Source: Nitrospirota bacterium
Lineage (GTDB): Bacteria > Nitrospirota > UBA9217
DNA: 64,000 nt
Reading direction: 5' to 3'
Assembly (NCBI GenBank): GCA_963796285.1
Contig: CAWCKW010000001.1
Coordinates: 32,001 to 96,000 of the forward strand
Both the position numbers and the translations under genes were made by a program. This document shows, in pieces, positions 61,141 to 64,000 of this stretch. Under the pieces are notes generated by a model. It was not told the origin of the DNA. It saw only the letters and a program-made list of their open reading frames with translations, and did not search any database. Position 1 is the stretch's first letter, and every line of letters begins with the position of its first letter.

Positions 61141-62487
61141 CTATTTTGCGGTTGTACCGCCATACCGCTCATTGTAGAACTTCTGGATCTTGTCAAGCTG
61201 CTCTTTGGTCATGCCCTTGGTATACCACTCGTGCCTGACATCGGTCTCGAGGTATTGTTTCACGATCTCGTTATAGAGCTCCGGACCGGCAACGTTCTTT
61301 ACCTCGGGCAGGAACTCGGTATAGAAGTTCTTGGCCACATCATAGATACCATGCCACCACGCATAATCGGGGCCGGACATGGCCGCGCCGTGCCTTGCTC
61401 TTCTGCCTTCATGGTGCCACAGCTCCCAGTATATCCAGTCCAGCTTGTCGTCGAAATTCGCCTTTGTAAGCTTGCCCTTGTCCATCAGTTCCTGCCTGAT
61501 CGCGGTCGCGGGTTTTGCGAATTTGTCGTCATACAGATTGACAAGATTATCGAACTGTTTATAGAACCCTTCCACGAAGGGCGTTGAATGGCAGCTGTTA
61601 CAGACGTTCTGCATGGCAGCGCGCTTTTTATCCGCGTTCTCCATCTTCTTCGAAATGGGCGGCCGAAGCGTCCAGCTGATCCGGGCGCCTACGTCATGGG
61701 TCACTGCCTGGGTCGGCGTGGCGCTCATATGGCAGGTGGCGCAGGTGGGGGCGGCGGAATAATCCTGTCCAACGACCCACTTGTCCTTGTGCATGTTCAT
61801 CCGTTCCTTGTTGGCCTCGTAAAGGATCCCGTGCTTTGATTCCTGATATACTTCCATCTGCGGATGGTCAGGGCCGAGATGGCATTTACCGCAGGTCTGG
61901 GGTTCTCGTGCCTGCGCTTTTGAGAAACTGTGGCGCGCATGGCAGGCCGAGCAGGACCCCTTGGAGCCGTCGGGGTTTATTCTGCCGATGCCCGTGTTCG
62001 GCCAGCTATTGGTGTCGAGCTTACCATTTGCCAGGACCTTGACAATACCTCCATGGCACTGCAGACAGCCGACCGCAACGGCCTCCTGTCCACCCACGAC
62101 CTCGCCGAGATAGTTGTCCGCGGAATTGAGGATGTCCCCGGCTTTGGCATGGTGGCTCTCGGTCATCTCCTTTTCTTCCTTAGCGTGGCATTTGCCGCAG
62201 TCCTTGGGAGTGACGAGGATCGCGATCGTATATCCATTGTGCTCCATGGCATCAGGATCGGACTTCTCCGCCTTGTGGCAGGTGTAGCAGTCTACGCCTT
62301 TTGCCGCGTGGGTGCTCAGCTTCCATTCCGTGACAAAGGCTGGTGACTGTGCCTCGTGACAACCTATGCAGGCCTGACCTTCTTTTGATACTTTTAGCTT
62401 TGCCGCTTCGCCCGACCCGGCATGGAACGTCATGACCATGCTGAGCACCACTGATAGAACAATGATCGATACCTGGTTCCTTTTCAT
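61141..62487 (-). CDS. Octaheme cytochrome c, hydroxylamine oxidoreductase (HAO) family
   Basis: Signal peptide; 8 CxxCH; GIGRINPDGSKGSCSACH, CHLGPDHPQ, ESKHG, HHEGRRARHGAAMSGPDYAWWHG. Confidence 0.9.
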   Translation of the reverse strand: MKRNQVSIIVLSVVLSMVMTFHAGSGEAAKLKVSKEGQACIGCHEAQSPAFVTEWKLSTHAAKGVDCYTCHKAEKSDPDAMEHNGYTIAILVTPKDCGKCHAKEEKEMTESHHAKAGDILNSADNYLGEVVGGQEAVAVGCLQCHGGIVKVLANGKLDTNSWPNTGIGRINPDGSKGSCSACHARHSFSKAQAREPQTCGKCHLGPDHPQMEVYQESKHGILYEANKERMNMHKDKWVVGQDYSAAPTCATCHMSATPTQAVTHDVGARISWTLRPPISKKMENADKKRAAMQNVCNSCHSTPFVEGFYKQFDNLVNLYDDKFAKPATAIRQELMDKGKLTKANFDDKLDWIYWELWHHEGRRARHGAAMSGPDYAWWHGIYDVAKNFYTEFLPEVKNVAGPELYNEIVKQYLETDVRHEWYTKGMTKEQLDKIQKFYNERYGGTTAK

Positions 62488-63009
62488 ACATTGACCCTCC
62501 TTTTCCTTGGTTTATCTATTTTGATCAGCCCGGTGGCTTGCTCACTGTTCTCTAAATGACAATACGCTGTAGTGAGGAACCATGTTATAATGTGGTTATT
62601 ATTGTTTCTTTTGCCCGGAGGCTGAATTGGTACGTACCCTATATGAAGGCCCCTCGTTATAGGGTGGCTTGGCTGAAAAATGAATAACAATCGCAATGGG
62701 AACGCACCTTATTGCACAAACGAACAGAAAAGTCATCATACCTCACGCCTCAGTATGTGCAGTGTGTTCCGGTATGCGAAGAATCGTAACAAATCAAGTG
62801 TAGCATAAATTTTTTTATGTTATTTGAAATCACCAGTCAAGCCCTTCTCGAAATGAAGACCTATTTTCTTAGCATAAAACGCATGCCGATGGCTATGATA
62901 TGCATCATAGGTCCTGACCCTGGGCGCCTGATGTGGTTGGACAAGCGTGGATTTTGCCTTGACTTTGAAGTGCTTATGCACTATATTATGCTCCGTAGAG
63001 GAGGTCTGT

Positions 63010-63306
63010 ATGACCAAAGCAGATATCATCTCAGAAGTTTTTGACAAGGTTGGCTTGCCGAAGCAGGAAGCGGAAGAATTGGTGGAGATGATTCTGGATA
63101 TGATCAAGCTGGTCCTGAAAGAGGGCGAGACGGTGAAACTTTCGGGATTCGGCAACTTCGTGGTCCGGAAGAAGAACTCGAGAAAAGGCCGTAATCCGAA
63201 GACAGGCCAAGAGATCGAGATCACGCCACGGAGCGTCGTTAGCTTCAGACCCAGCATGATTTTCAAAGAGCATGTCATCGAATCCCCAACAACAACAGTC
63301 GAGTAA
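63010..63306 (+). CDS. ihfA: Integration host factor subunit alpha
   Basis: MTKADI, VKLSGFGNF, RKGRNPKTG, VVSFRPS; precedes merR. Confidence 0.9.
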   Translation: MTKADIISEVFDKVGLPKQEAEELVEMILDMIKLVLKEGETVKLSGFGNFVVRKKNSRKGRNPKTGQEIEITPRSVVSFRPSMIFKEHVIESPTTTVE

Positions 63307-63604
63307 GCTCTTTTACCGGATCGGTGAGGTCAGCCGCTTGTCCGGGCTGGAACAGTACGTACTGCGCTACTGGGAAAGCGAGTTCCCTCAACTCAAACCG
63401 AACAAGGGTAAATCGGGACAACGCCTCTATAGTAAAAAAGATTTAGACACTGTTCTCCAGATAAAGCAATTACTCTATAAAGACGGGTACACGATCTCCG
63501 GCGCACGGAAAAAAATGAACGGCAAAGGGGACCGGGAGGTCCTTGAGTCGGTTATTGAGACGGCCAAGACGGAGCTGAAGGAGATACTGGAAATTTTAAA
63601 ATAG
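63272..63604 (+). CDS. MerR family transcriptional regulator
   Basis: FYRIGEVS, VLRYWESEF, GQRLY, LLYKDGYTISGA. Confidence 0.92.
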   Translation: MSSNPQQQQSSKLFYRIGEVSRLSGLEQYVLRYWESEFPQLKPNKGKSGQRLYSKKDLDTVLQIKQLLYKDGYTISGARKKMNGKGDREVLESVIETAKTELKEILEILK

Positions 63605-63608
63605 ATTT

Positions 63609-63670
63609 TTCAAGTCAAGGCTCAAAGTGCAAATGAGATAGTTGGATTTTGTCATTTAGATTTTGATTCA
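63609..63670. repeat. Opposed heptamer-type repeats between merR and tRNA-Pro
   Basis: GTCAAGG-CTCAAAG-TGCAAAT versus TTTTGTC-ATTTAGA-TTTTGAT. Confidence 0.5.
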
Positions 63671-63675
63671 TATAT

Positions 63676-63752
63676 CGGGGCGTGGCGCAGCCTGGTAGCG
63701 TACTCGCTTGGGGTGCGAGTGGTCGGCCGTTCAAATCGGCTCGCCCCGACCA
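63676..63752 (+). tRNA. tRNA-Pro (GGG)
   Basis: CGGGGCG/CGCCCCG acceptor stem, CTCGC-TTGGGGT-GCGAG anticodon arm, GTTCAAATC T-loop, encoded CCA; 77 nt. Confidence 0.97.
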
Positions 63753-63760
63753 ATTGTTGA

Positions 63761-63791
63761 AAGGCCCGGAAAACCTCCGGGCCTTTTTTTT
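63761..63791 (+). terminator. Intrinsic terminator after tRNA-Pro
   Basis: AAGGCCCGGA-AAACC-TCCGGGCCTT then T-run. Confidence 0.85.
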
Positions 63792-63898
63792 ACTCAACCA
63801 GGGAAGCGGGAAGTTCTGTTTGGCAATATTTGCCGGATCCAGTCGGATGTCAACACCGGACCGTCCTGTCAATCCTATATCTGTCAGAGGTGTGATCC

Positions 63899-64000
63899 AT
63901 GATCCTCGTAACGAACGACGACGGCGTATACTCCCCCGGAATCCAGGTCCTCGCCAAGCATTTGCGGGAACTCGACACCGTGGTGATCGTTGCCCCTGAC
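63899..64000 (+). CDS. surE: 5'/3'-nucleotidase SurE (partial, runs off window)
   Basis: [34 protein letters not shown]; GAGGTG RBS; absent from the ORF track. Confidence 0.92.
   Translation, partial: MILVTNDDGVYSPGIQVLAKHLRELDTVVIVAPD

Noticed and set aside
63676-63800. tRNA-Pro as an integration site for an island
   Set aside because: Followed directly by a terminator and surE; no integrase or duplicated tRNA 3' end seen

Overview
Core-genome window of a moderately GC-rich anaerobe-type bacterium. Gene content and order (ihfA-merR-tRNA-Pro-surE, futalosine-type UbiA, multiheme cytochromes, minimal SufBC) suggest Nitrospirota or Desulfobacterota, which is an inference. Contents: lipid/acyl-transfer genes, FKBP, WD40 protein, GH3, a MarR-CDGSH-DoxX operon, typA, a TIGR04282/TIGR04283 glycosyltransferase cluster, nth, an NtrB/NtrC-type pair with copZ, apbE, arsC, sufCB, fabF, DUF4912/GH57, glcD-like oxidase, L,D-transpeptidase, an HD hydrolase, a complete E. 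coli-type nuoA-N operon (minus strand), an octaheme HAO-family cytochrome, ihfA, merR, tRNA-Pro(GGG) and partial surE. Many genes carry single-base frameshifts, most likely long-read consensus errors. Highlights missed by the ORF track: (1) two in-frame UGA selenoprotein candidates with SECIS-like hairpins, a HesB-like protein upstream of sufCB and a five-heme ExtKL-like cytochrome; (2) about 8 of 12 nuo junctions are occupied by small nuclease cassettes (two DUF559, one GxxExxY), each bounded by its own inverted-repeat family, or by gene-less repeat doublets, and several repeats appear to supply the RBS of the next nuo gene; (3) unannotated microproteins, including a 38-aa Arg-rich YKGPERR peptide; (4) a structured ~125-bp element upstream of typA.
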